Virus record (IMG/VR): IMGVR_UViG_3300046616_000188
Reading direction: 5' to 3' (one strand)
Length of the DNA: 64,000 bases
Source of the DNA: a virus
Positions 47,267 to 56,416 of the stretch are shown here, piece after piece (position 1 is the first letter of the stretch; each line of letters opens with the position of its first letter). The notes under the pieces were generated by a model, which was not told the origin of the DNA, searched no databases, and was given only the letters and a program-made list of their open reading frames with translations. A program made the translations under genes and the position numbers.

Positions 47267-47748
47267 TAAATATAATCTGCCATAATTGTCGGATAAGTTT
47301 CATTTACTATAACTTGAAGAACATCTGCCATCTCTTCAGCAAACGCCGCGCCGTACAAGCTGATGAGATATGTGGCAAACGCATCGTAGTAGAAATAATC
47401 TCTTACTTCTAATTTTACAGTCAATGTATATTGGTCCCAACCTTCATCCTTAATTTGATACTTTTCTGCAAATCTAGCTTTTCTTGAGTTGTACCCCAAT
47501 CCTTCCCAAATTGGGAACTGGAACCAACGGCTACCTTGCCTTAAAGTATTAAAATAAAAACCTCTGAAGACGGTAAATTCATCATTCGTTAATGTAATAG
47601 TCCCATTATAAATTAGTGGAGGATTATTAAACCTAACTCTGACGAGTTGCGGACCATCGTCAAAATCAGTCCTAGCGGGCTCTCTCTCTTCAAGAGAGAA
47701 AGAGCCTCTATCTAGTTTATAATTAAGATTCGGTGGCCACTGTTCCAT
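47266..47748 (-). CDS. Distal tail protein-like
   Basis: Follows tape measure; RTDFDDGPQLVR, WFQFP. Confidence 0.7.
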   Translation of the reverse strand: MEQWPPNLNYKLDRGSFSLEEREPARTDFDDGPQLVRVRFNNPPLIYNGTITLTNDEFTVFRGFYFNTLRQGSRWFQFPIWEGLGYNSRKARFAEKYQIKDEGWDQYTLTVKLEVRDYFYYDAFATYLISLYGAAFAEEMADVLQVIVNETYPTIMADYI

Positions 47749-47757
47749 AGCTATAAA

Positions 47758-50700
47758 TTATCTCTTATTACCAGCTGCGGCTGATGAGCCGTAGCGGGCT
47801 TCAATTGCCTTATTAAGATTTGTGCCACCCTTAGAAATATCTTTTGCAACACCGTCTTTAATTTGTTCCAGCAAGACATTTACATCTAGTGAACCGTCTG
47901 GATTCTGCTTCGTTGAGGTGGAAGCACTTGCGTTCGTGCCGTTATTAATAATACTAATGTTAACCTTCGGCTGAACATAAACACTGCTTGAAGATGCTTG
48001 AACCGCGCCACTGGCTTGAACGCCTAATGAGCCGTCAGCTGCTCTCTTAAGCGGAATAATCGCTTCAGGACCGGCTTCTCCCATCAGACCTGTCTTACTA
48101 CCAGACATGTCAAACAGTGTAGGTGAAGTCACTATACCATTATTTGAACCGTTTGTCAAGCCCCCATTAGCAAAAGGAATAACATTTCCTGAATTAAATG
48201 CACCGCCTTTAGCATAAGTCATTGGCGTGGAAATAGCAGACATGCCTCCACCAAGATTAAATCCACCAAATGAACTTGATCCTCCACCAAACATCCCGCC
48301 GAATAGACCAGACAGAGCTTGGATGATAGGCTGAATTACGGTGTAACGAATAACAATTCTAGCAATATCGCCAAGGATACTTGTGGCGAGAGACTTGAAA
48401 TCCATCTTACCAGTAGTGACCCACTCGGTCAAAGCATCTTCAAGACCATTGAAGGCGTTAGAGACCGCACCAGCAACATCGTTAGTGAAATCTTCTGATG
48501 TTTTGGTTAGATCAGTTAGGCCTTTATTGATACCGGCGATCCAAGGTGAGCCACCGCTTGCCGCTTCAGAATACTGTTTCTTCAGGCGCGTCAATAGATC
48601 GGTATACTCTTGCAAGTTACCGGTATTGGCAAATTCTTGATCAAGAATCTGCTTCTTCTTCGTGAATTCATCTAGAGCCGTGGTAGAAGGCATTAATTCA
48701 GAGCGCAGTTTTTCGAAGTCAGACGTAAACGCGTTTGCTCCTGCCGTACCATCAGCATATTGAGCCTTCAATTTTGCGATACCATCGTTATACTCAGCCT
48801 GAGTTATCTGACCTTTCTTAAGTTGTCTTTCTAATGTTTCTTGAGCCTTATTGTAATTAAGGGTAGACTTGGCAGCATCATCTAGATAAGCTGAAGCCGC
48901 ACCTCCGGTATGATCCTTCTTTGGTTTATTACCTTTATTTATTTCTGCAATTTTTTTATTGTACTCTTGTTGTACCCCGGCCATGGCGTTGAAGATTTCG
49001 TCGGCTGACCTACCTTTAGTGTTTTTCTTAATTAGCTCTTGTTGCTCGTGCAATTTAGCAAGCGCTCTAGCGGCCTCAGAAGCTCCGTCGCCATATTTTT
49101 CATAAACATTTTGAGCTTTGTCGCGGTCTTCGGCAAGCTTTTTAACCACAGTCATTTTGTCAGCGAGCTTATCCAGATTCGATCTGGCGATAGCTGCTTG
49201 GTTGTTTATTCTGCCGATCATTTTGTCTTGATCTTGACCAGTAGATGAAGACGTAGCATCCTTGAGTTTATCAGCTGTAAGCCTATCAAGCTCCATATAG
49301 TTGTCAGCCAACGCAGCCTGATTCTTAGACAGCGACATTTTATAATAAGCTTTTTCGACATCATCAGCAGCTTTGGATACAACAGCAGCCATGTCGGTAG
49401 CAGCACCGCTTGCAGCATTCATGGTAGAGACGAACCCTGATGCATTTCCCCCATTAAGGGTTGCAAGCAGTTCAGCAATTTTAGCTTTCAATACTTCAGC
49501 GTTTTGACCAGTCGTGTCCATCTGAGACACGATTTCAATCAATGTCTTAGCAAATGCTTGCCCGCCCGGTGTGTCTAATTTTTGGCTTCTAATAATGTTA
49601 GCCAATTCAGACCACGAGCCTCCAGTTTTTTGAATCTTTTCAATAACCGGCAGGAGCGATTCAGCAAGCGTTTGAGTCTCAGTCTTAATAAGGGACCAAG
49701 AACCGTTATCCAACGCGGCTTGGACCGTATCAACAAACGACTGTTGAAGTTCTTTCAGATGAGCATTAGTTTTGTCTAGCTGTTCATTTAGCGAACCTTG
49801 CTCTTTAATAAGCTGAGCCGTGGTGAATGTCGCAATCAAATCCTTGTAACGGCCCAAAGCATCTTTGCTGCCGTCAAGAGTTACACTGAAATCGTCAGCG
49901 GCTTGACGTGTGGCATACCAAGTTGTTCCAAGAACGCCAAGCGCAATGATAAGCAATCCGATTGGACCAGTTGCGACAGATAGCAGCGTAGCTCCACTAA
50001 ATACAGCTTCAAGAGCCAGACCAAAAGCTTGTAATGCCGGTCTAGCTCCGGTTAGCACTTGGCCAAACAGACTCACAACATTAATTGTTGTGGACCACGC
50101 TCCAGACAATTTAGTAAGAGAGCCTAGCATACCTTGAAGATATGAAGCAATGTTGTACGTTAAAATCAGCTTAAGGCCTAGTACGACAGAGTCAATATTT
50201 TTTACTAAGAAGACAAAACCGTCTCCAAGAGCGCCAACAACCTTAGCCGTGCGCTCGCCAAATTCAGAAGCGAATTTCAAAAACTCAGGCGCGGAAATAG
50301 CTTCTCTAATTTTTTGAAACGCTCCGGCCAAAGCATCCATAGCTCCGCTTTGACCTATTATGACTTGAAGATCGTAGAGAGCATCATATAATAGATTAAA
50401 TTGAGCCACGGACCCTTTAAGGGCGTATTGCAGTGATCCACCGTAAGTCTTTTGAATCTCAGCCGCGAATTTTGGAAGGAACTCGTTGGACGCAATACTA
50501 CCAGCCTTCAACATTTTTTGCAGCTCAGCGGTGTTTACACCTAGTGCGCGAGCAGCTAGGTTTACTGCACCTGGAAGTTGCTCGCCTAACTGTCTACGAA
50601 GTTCTTCGGAAGACACAGTTCCTTTTGACATCATCTGTTCAAGTGCAAGCAACGCAAGCTTTGTTCTGTCGCTTGAGCGGTGCAATACTGTCATAGCGGT

Positions 50701-52041
50701 AATGGTTGCTTCGAAGATTTCGCGTGTCTGATCCGTGGAAACGCCAGCGAGCTTAGACGAAACAGAGAACGAGCCAAAAGATTCTTGAATGTCATCGATA
50801 CGCTGGCCAAGACGTTTAGCCATATCTTCGGTGTAGCGCATCTCTTCGCCCGTAGCTGCTAAGTTGCCTTCGTTGACAGCTAGTAGCGTTGACTTAAATG
50901 CGTTGAAGCTATTATTTACGTCATAGATAGATTTTGATAAAGTACCAAGTGTGATAGAGCCAATCAAGGTACGGAACACTGAAGCGGCTTGGAACGTACC
51001 GCTAAAGGCGTTCTCTAAGCCGCGTAGATTCGAAGTCATGCCAGCGGCTTCGCGAGTAAAACCGCCACCACCGATCCCATTAAGATTGGTTCTGAAATTA
51101 TTTAAGAATTTGTTTGCCGTGCCTGCTGCTATGCCAATTTTCTCAAGATAGGCCGCGATCTGTGGCGCGTTAGCTGGAACTTTTAAATTCCCTAACATCT
51201 TCACAAAAGCTTCTACGTTTTTAATCTGAGCCGGTGTTGGACCTTTAAAATTAGAAAAGGCTTGCGTGATGGCAGAGATAGAGCTAGTGCCACTGACTGG
51301 TTTAAACGTAGCCAGCGTGGAAAATAAGTCGCGAAGATTTTTTACGCTGGTGGAGCTTGGAGCTTTCATGCCTGCCACAGCATTGCTCAAATTTATGATC
51401 CCGCTGACAAGTGAACCGCTAACAGAAGCTTTAGAGCCGCTATTGTTAAGCGCGCTGAAGAAAGCCTTCATGTTGGAGACAGCTTTTTCAGAAGGCGCTC
51501 TGAAGCCACCTAGGGCGTCACCAAGCTTCGTTATTCCGGCAAAATTACCAGCGATACGAAGCGACGGCGCAACTTCTTGTAGCGACATCCCGAATGCCTT
51601 TAGAGCAACGATCTTTGACTCGCTTGGGACTTTAAATCCCGCAAGGGCAGAACTAATCTTGTTAACAGATTCAGCAAAGCTCCCGCTAACATTGAAGCTG
51701 TTTAGCAGGGCAGGTATAGATGTGGCGAATGAATTGATATTTTTCAAGGCAGCAGGGCTCGGCGCTTTTAGATTTTTAAAAGCGTTGCCGATGCTGTTAA
51801 TGCTCTTAACAGCGGCTGGATTAATGTTGATGTTGTTGAGTTTGCCTAAGTCTTTTGCAAGCTTGGTGAAGTCACCGCCAGAGGCACCACCCGCCATCAG
51901 TTTAGAGAAGGCAGCTTCGGCCTTGGCGTCTAGACCACTAAGACTTTTATTAACCCCATCAATGGCCTTGATGAACTGTCTCGCTCCCGCTTCGGCGCGG
52001 GAGGCGTCAATTTCGAAGCGTAAGGAGAAAGTGTCGGCCAT
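47758..52041 (-). CDS. Tail tape measure protein
   Basis: 1427 aa Ala/Gly-rich; QMMSKGTVSSEELRRQLGEQLPGA; lambda-like C-terminus; GLMGEAGPEAIIPL. Confidence 0.95.
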   Translation of the reverse strand: MADTFSLRFEIDASRAEAGARQFIKAIDGVNKSLSGLDAKAEAAFSKLMAGGASGGDFTKLAKDLGKLNNININPAAVKSINSIGNAFKNLKAPSPAALKNINSFATSIPALLNSFNVSGSFAESVNKISSALAGFKVPSESKIVALKAFGMSLQEVAPSLRIAGNFAGITKLGDALGGFRAPSEKAVSNMKAFFSALNNSGSKASVSGSLVSGIINLSNAVAGMKAPSSTSVKNLRDLFSTLATFKPVSGTSSISAITQAFSNFKGPTPAQIKNVEAFVKMLGNLKVPANAPQIAAYLEKIGIAAGTANKFLNNFRTNLNGIGGGGFTREAAGMTSNLRGLENAFSGTFQAASVFRTLIGSITLGTLSKSIYDVNNSFNAFKSTLLAVNEGNLAATGEEMRYTEDMAKRLGQRIDDIQESFGSFSVSSKLAGVSTDQTREIFEATITAMTVLHRSSDRTKLALLALEQMMSKGTVSSEELRRQLGEQLPGAVNLAARALGVNTAELQKMLKAGSIASNEFLPKFAAEIQKTYGGSLQYALKGSVAQFNLLYDALYDLQVIIGQSGAMDALAGAFQKIREAISAPEFLKFASEFGERTAKVVGALGDGFVFLVKNIDSVVLGLKLILTYNIASYLQGMLGSLTKLSGAWSTTINVVSLFGQVLTGARPALQAFGLALEAVFSGATLLSVATGPIGLLIIALGVLGTTWYATRQAADDFSVTLDGSKDALGRYKDLIATFTTAQLIKEQGSLNEQLDKTNAHLKELQQSFVDTVQAALDNGSWSLIKTETQTLAESLLPVIEKIQKTGGSWSELANIIRSQKLDTPGGQAFAKTLIEIVSQMDTTGQNAEVLKAKIAELLATLNGGNASGFVSTMNAASGAATDMAAVVSKAADDVEKAYYKMSLSKNQAALADNYMELDRLTADKLKDATSSSTGQDQDKMIGRINNQAAIARSNLDKLADKMTVVKKLAEDRDKAQNVYEKYGDGASEAARALAKLHEQQELIKKNTKGRSADEIFNAMAGVQQEYNKKIAEINKGNKPKKDHTGGAASAYLDDAAKSTLNYNKAQETLERQLKKGQITQAEYNDGIAKLKAQYADGTAGANAFTSDFEKLRSELMPSTTALDEFTKKKQILDQEFANTGNLQEYTDLLTRLKKQYSEAASGGSPWIAGINKGLTDLTKTSEDFTNDVAGAVSNAFNGLEDALTEWVTTGKMDFKSLATSILGDIARIVIRYTVIQPIIQALSGLFGGMFGGGSSSFGGFNLGGGMSAISTPMTYAKGGAFNSGNVIPFANGGLTNGSNNGIVTSPTLFDMSGSKTGLMGEAGPEAIIPLKRAADGSLGVQASGAVQASSSSVYVQPKVNISIINNGTNASASTSTKQNPDGSLDVNVLLEQIKDGVAKDISKGGTNLNKAIEARYGSSAAAGNKR

Positions 52042-52846
52042 TATTTATTCTTCTTTAAATTATTTAAGGTTTCTTCTTTTCGCTTTTTTTCTTTTTCTTT
52101 TTCGTAATAATCTTCGATCCAAAGAGTATCTAAAAGTTTAATAAAATCAGCGAAATCGATTTTCTTTCTGTAGCCATCTATGCCGTAGATTTGGCAATAA
52201 TGATTAATTTCGGAAAATGTAATGTGAAGAGGGCCAGCCATCCCGGCAGGTCTGGATGCAGAAAGTATTAAAAATCCTTCCCAAATCCATCGCAAATCTT
52301 CAAAAAGTATCGGCCCTTCTTCTTCCTTAACTTCCTCCGGTTTAGGAGGAAGATTTTTTTCTTTTCTTACCTGCTCTATCCACTCATTAGTCTTTCTAGA
52401 AATTTTGTTGTTTGCTCTAGAGAGTGAATATTTCAGGTATTCAATTAGTTTTTTTCTGCTTCGGCCTTGTCTTGAACTTTGAAGGCATCATCATCAGTAA
52501 CTAGCTTGGCGATCAAGTTGCGGAATTCGCGGTACTTGGTAAGCTGAGCTTCAGCAGCATCGACAGAATAAGGAAGTTCAGTAACTTCGTCTTCTTCGGT
52601 AAAACCTTCCCAATCAGCGACAATGGCCTGTGCCATTTGCTTGATTAGAAGCGTTTCCTGTTCCTTCTGTGGAATGCCTTTACCAGTGCGCTTCAAAGCG
52701 AGATAAGGGGCTTCAAGGGCTTCGCGTACTTCCTGCGAACGCTTGCTCTGGAATGAGCGGAGCTTGATGCGAGTACCTTCGCCAAGTTCGAACCACTTGC
52801 CAGTTTCTTCAGATTCAATGTCGGTAGCAAAAGTTGAGAATTTCAT
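52041..52846 (-). CDS. Tail assembly chaperone G-T fusion (-1 frameshift product)
   Basis: -1 frame open from the slip site (KLIEYLKY...) into RWIWEGFLILS...LDTLWIE. Confidence 0.8.
52445..52846 (-). CDS. Tail assembly chaperone G (start MKFSTF at 52846)
   Basis: Lies between tail tube and TMP; WFELG, VADWEG. Confidence 0.8.
   Translation of the reverse strand: MKFSTFATDIESEETGKWFELGEGTRIKLRSFQSKRSQEVREALEAPYLALKRTGKGIPQKEQETLLIKQMAQAIVADWEGFTEEDEVTELPYSVDAAEAQLTKYREFRNLIAKLVTDDDAFKVQDKAEAEKN
52448..52454 (-). other. -1 slippery site A_AAA_AAC
   Basis: GAA AAA AAC TAA at the end of the chaperone gene. Confidence 0.8.
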
Positions 52847-52872
52847 TTTTTCGGGTTTCCTATGTGTGTTGC

Positions 52873-52926
52873 GTCGGGTGACATTTAAAGATAAAAATGG
52901 CGACGGACCCGACAACCGCCGCCATT
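52873..52926 (-). ncRNA. Candidate H-type pseudoknot in the tail chaperone leader
   Basis: S1 AAUGGCGGCGG/CCGUCGCCAUU (G.U on - strand only); loop GUCGGGU pairs with ACCCGAC. Confidence 0.55.
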
Positions 52927-53035
52927 CTCAATAAGCTCAACAGAGCTTAAATTTTAACTATTCGTTATACTTAAAAGTAAACCGGTTGGTGACCCGCTAG
53001 CCCCACCGCCCCCACCAATAGGAGGTGAGGCTAAA

Positions 53036-54895
53036 TCAGGAGCAGACGTTCTTTACGTCACTCCAGCGATCTATCTGGAACATGGTTCCAGTCGAAGCAT
53101 CGCGGAAAGCAACGAATTCAAGCGGTTCAACAACGTCTTGGTCAATACCTTGAGCCGCGATGTTGTCGCTTGAGAACTTCACAGCTGGCAGAGTGTACTT
53201 GTAAGTATTTCCGTCAACGTCAGTAAACTTGAAAGCTAGAGAAGTAGTTTCGTGGTTGATAAAGTCGTCGTAGAACGGGCTACCAGCTTCGAAGTAAGCC
53301 GTTACAGTTCCGGTAAGGTTGAAACGACCTGTACCGATACCACGAGCGAACTTAGAACCAACGGCTGGCTGCTGACGCAGCGTAGCATCGCCCTGTAGAG
53401 CAATGGACTGGAGCGCTGAAGAAAGTTCAACGTCATCCTTTTCAATCGAGCCAACGTTAGTCGTGGCGTTCATGACTTCAGTACCGGTTGACTTAAGCGG
53501 CGTGTAAGGAGCAAGACCTAGCTTAGATACGTTAGTGATCTGACGCCTTGTCTGTCTGCCCTCGAAAGAGTATTTTCCGGTAACGATAGCACCAGAGCTA
53601 ACATCCATTGAGAACGATCCGACACGCAGACCGTCATGAACGAAGAACTGGTTAACGTCGTTGTAAGCCGATTCAGCAGAGAAGCTTTGAGCCACGATTT
53701 GCTGGTGAGGTAGTGAGCCGGTCCCGTCAGGGTTACGAAGCATTGAACCTTTAATAGTTACACCAAGGTTAGATGCGTTAGCATCAGTAGCTGGTGCAGG
53801 GAAAACGCTAAGAACGTCGTCAGCGACAGAAAGAATCTTGAAGAAACCACCAGAAGCTAGACCACCGCTGAAGGCTGTCGTAACAGCGTTGGTAGAAACG
53901 TCAGTAAGTGCTCCACCAATTCTGTTAAGGTTCTGTACAGTGACTGTGGCAGTCGATACAGTCGCCTTGGCTTGGAGACGGCCATCTACGCGAGCTTGGT
54001 TGATCGCAGCAGCAATGTTAGTTGCAGTAGCTGCACCTGAACCGCCGAGCGTTACGATTTGGTTACCAGCCGTTGCGCCACCATCAGATGATGTTTCGAA
54101 GATGACTTGGTTGACGCCATCAAATACAGTGAACGTGTCGTGGTTAGAAGCATTGACTGTAAAGTTAATCGTGCCAGACTCGCGTCCAGAACCATTATCT
54201 ACATAGATGTTTTGACCCGCGACAAGATTGCCAGCTGCAATTGCAGCAGCGAAAGCATTTGTACCATTTGAGTCGATAGTAGCAGCGCCGCTAGTTCCGA
54301 AACGAATAGCGGTATTGTTAAGAATAATAACGTCGTTAGCATCTTGAACCTTCGTGAAAGCAGTGCCGCCTTGAACTACAGCAGTAGTCGTGGTTACAGT
54401 GATTTGCGTAGCGCCACCTGAGAAACCAAGAGCGGAAATTTCAACATACTTATTGTTTAGGGGATTTAGGAAACCTGAAGTCTTGAGACGACGGCCCACG
54501 GTGAAGTAGTCGCGGAAATCGCCACCAGCAATCGTAATGATGTTATTCGCGGTCCAAGATACCTGAACACCTTTGAAGTAATCAAACTCCATCGGGCGGC
54601 TCCAGAGGCCGAGAACGAAAGCCTGCATTAGAATGTCGTGGGAGCCTGCGCTGAATTCGTAGTTAATGTCACCACCGGTAGATGCAGAAACTTCAACAAC
54701 CGAGCTAACCATACGGTCGGCACGAAGTTCGTCAGAAACGACGGTTTCTTTAGCAGCTGCTAGTGAGTGGGAAGTGATACGAATTTCGCGAGTCTTACCA
54801 GAAGAAGGCGTCGTGCCCCAAGTAAGGTTATTCTCTTGAATTAGGCGAATGCTATCGCGGTTGCTATCTGCAAAGTTGGCCACTATTGTCTCCAA
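53036..54895 (-). CDS. Major tail tube protein, phiCbK-like, with internal accessory domain (probable GTG start ~54883)
   Basis: ADSNRDSIR, VSDELRADRM, GRFNLTGTVTAYF, YTLPAVKF. Confidence 0.85.
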   Translation of the reverse strand: METIVANFADSNRDSIRLIQENNLTWGTTPSSGKTREIRITSHSLAAAKETVVSDELRADRMVSSVVEVSASTGGDINYEFSAGSHDILMQAFVLGLWSRPMEFDYFKGVQVSWTANNIITIAGGDFRDYFTVGRRLKTSGFLNPLNNKYVEISALGFSGGATQITVTTTTAVVQGGTAFTKVQDANDVIILNNTAIRFGTSGAATIDSNGTNAFAAAIAAGNLVAGQNIYVDNGSGRESGTINFTVNASNHDTFTVFDGVNQVIFETSSDGGATAGNQIVTLGGSGAATATNIAAAINQARVDGRLQAKATVSTATVTVQNLNRIGGALTDVSTNAVTTAFSGGLASGGFFKILSVADDVLSVFPAPATDANASNLGVTIKGSMLRNPDGTGSLPHQQIVAQSFSAESAYNDVNQFFVHDGLRVGSFSMDVSSGAIVTGKYSFEGRQTRRQITNVSKLGLAPYTPLKSTGTEVMNATTNVGSIEKDDVELSSALQSIALQGDATLRQQPAVGSKFARGIGTGRFNLTGTVTAYFEAGSPFYDDFINHETTSLAFKFTDVDGNTYKYTLPAVKFSSDNIAAQGIDQDVVEPLEFVAFRDASTGTMFQIDRWSDVKNVCS

Positions 54896-54959
54896 AAATT
54901 TTGTTATTGCTATTAGATGGGGCTTTTAGTGGCCCAAACTTTTTCTAAATTTGAATTGC

Positions 54960-54989
54960 ATAATACTACAATTAATAAAAAAAGTCAAG
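54960..54989 (-). promoter_or_regulatory. sigma70-like promoter of the tail operon
   Basis: (C)TTGACT-N17-TATTAT. Confidence 0.7.
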
Positions 54990-55008
54990 AAAAATCTTCT
55001 TTGTACAG

Positions 55009-55044
55009 AAAATTAAACCCACTAAAATTACTTAGTGGGTTTAA
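55009..55044 (-). terminator. Rho-independent terminator
   Basis: TTAAACCCACTAA/TTAGTGGGTTTAA + U4. Confidence 0.7.
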
Positions 55045-55073
55045 CAATTTTACTACTCTAAAAGTTTAAGTTA

Positions 55074-56117
55074 TTAAACCGATACGGTGTGAAGCGTTAT
55101 GGTATAAACTGATGCCGAATTAGGGGTATAAGCACCGTTGGTAACTAGGTAGCCATAGACGTTGGCAGAGCTTAATTTAATCTGCTTGTTGATGTTAGTT
55201 ACTTCACAATATAGCGTAGAACCTAGATCGGCTGGTGTGCCCAAGTCGATATAGCCAAGGAACGAAGCTCTATCACCAGATGGTAGGTCCCAAGCAGCGT
55301 TATCAGCAAGAGCTGAAGGAGGTGTAACATTATAGAGATAAAGTCTGAAGTTTGTCATGCCAGAAGGAATTGCCGAAATGTCAATTTCCAGCTGAGCGCC
55401 AGTGATCAGCGTAGCTGCGCCAGAAACGCCTACAGAGGCGAAAGTAAGAGCAGCGGCTGTTGGACCAACAACGTCATTCGCAGTATAAGCCGTGGTGTCG
55501 GCGGGGCGAGTCGCAGAAACGGCTACGTCAAAAGCAGAAGTTATTTGGTTGATCGGAACAGTGGCTTGGTCCGAAGCTAGAACTACTGAGAGCGAAGCTG
55601 AGCTTGTCTTAGCGCCTAGCGAAGCTGGTAGCAGACCGATAAGCGACGTTAGGCGCTGAGCCACGCGCTGGAGTCTGCCGTTTAGGCCGCTAGAAGCGGT
55701 ATCAGAAGCTGGAGCCGTTTCAGTGACTGAACCAAGTTGTGGAACAAGAACGTCGTCAGTCGCGGTTGTTACAGCTAGTGAAGCAGAAGCAGTCTTTGCA
55801 CCTAGTGAAGTAGGCAATAGTGCGATAAGCGACGTTAGGCGCTGAGCCACGCGCTGAAGGCGTCCGTTCACACCGCTAGAAGCGGTATCAGAAGCTGGAG
55901 CCGTTTCTGTAACGATACCAAGCTTAGCTTGAAGATCGTCATCACTGGCAATCGTTACGGGAAGCGAAGCAGATTTAGTAGTTTGGCCGGAAGCTAGGTC
56001 AGCCGCCGTTCCGTCTGCGCCAACAGAAATCTTTACGCGTTGGTGTAACACACCGCCAATGTCGTCAGCAGCTACTGTTGCACCTGCGCCGGGGGTTACT
56101 GCAATATTATCAGCCAT
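55074..56117 (-). CDS. Ala/Thr/Ser-rich putative virion protein with internal repeat
   Basis: Two 62-aa repeats ETAPASDTASSG.NGRLQRVAQRLTSLI.LLP.SLGAKT. Confidence 0.7.
   Translation of the reverse strand: MADNIAVTPGAGATVAADDIGGVLHQRVKISVGADGTAADLASGQTTKSASLPVTIASDDDLQAKLGIVTETAPASDTASSGVNGRLQRVAQRLTSLIALLPTSLGAKTASASLAVTTATDDVLVPQLGSVTETAPASDTASSGLNGRLQRVAQRLTSLIGLLPASLGAKTSSASLSVVLASDQATVPINQITSAFDVAVSATRPADTTAYTANDVVGPTAAALTFASVGVSGAATLITGAQLEIDISAIPSGMTNFRLYLYNVTPPSALADNAAWDLPSGDRASFLGYIDLGTPADLGSTLYCEVTNINKQIKLSSANVYGYLVTNGAYTPNSASVYTITLHTVSV
55575..55945 (-). repeat. Intragenic tandem duplication, period 186 nt
   Basis: Identical blocks at 55638/55824 and 55687/55873. Confidence 0.85.
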
Positions 56118-56123
56118 TTTGAA

Positions 56124-56324
56124 TCACCTAGTTAAGAGTAATAGCAGCCCTATCGGCGTACCTAAAGTTACAGGAGGGTTGATAACTGGTTGAGCCAGTT
56201 TTCTCCCTGATTTTTTATTTGTTTTAGGTTTAGTTGGTCCTTCCCTTAAACTCTTGGGAGGATCAACAAACACGAGTTTGTTGTTAGACGGATTATATCT
56301 TATGATATTTTTTGGGTTGGTCAT
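56124..56324 (-). CDS. Small basic hypothetical protein
   Basis: 66 aa, ends GTPIGLLLLLTR. Confidence 0.5.
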   Translation of the reverse strand: MTNPKNIIRYNPSNNKLVFVDPPKSLREGPTKPKTNKKSGRKLAQPVINPPVTLGTPIGLLLLLTR

Positions 56325-56356
56325 AATATATTATCCAATTTTTAATTATTGTTTCC

Positions 56357-56386
56357 ATTATAGCATAGTATTTTTTAAAAGTCAAG
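56357..56386 (-). promoter_or_regulatory. Consensus sigma70 promoter
   Basis: (C)TTGACT-N17-(TGc)TATAAT. Confidence 0.8.
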
Positions 56387-56416
56387 AAAAAGTGACTTTA
56401 TACAAAATTTTAAATA

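Noticed and set aside
51266-52141. 291-aa + strand ORF (and similar ORFs such as 159-530, 13959-14378, 53838-54206, 61074-61358)
   Set aside because: Antisense shadows of well-supported genes, with no RBS or recognisable motifs
52847-52915. N-terminal extension MSGPSP... of the tail chaperone in the ORF track
   Set aside because: Runs through the pseudoknot with no RBS; the AGGA SD supports the start at 52846
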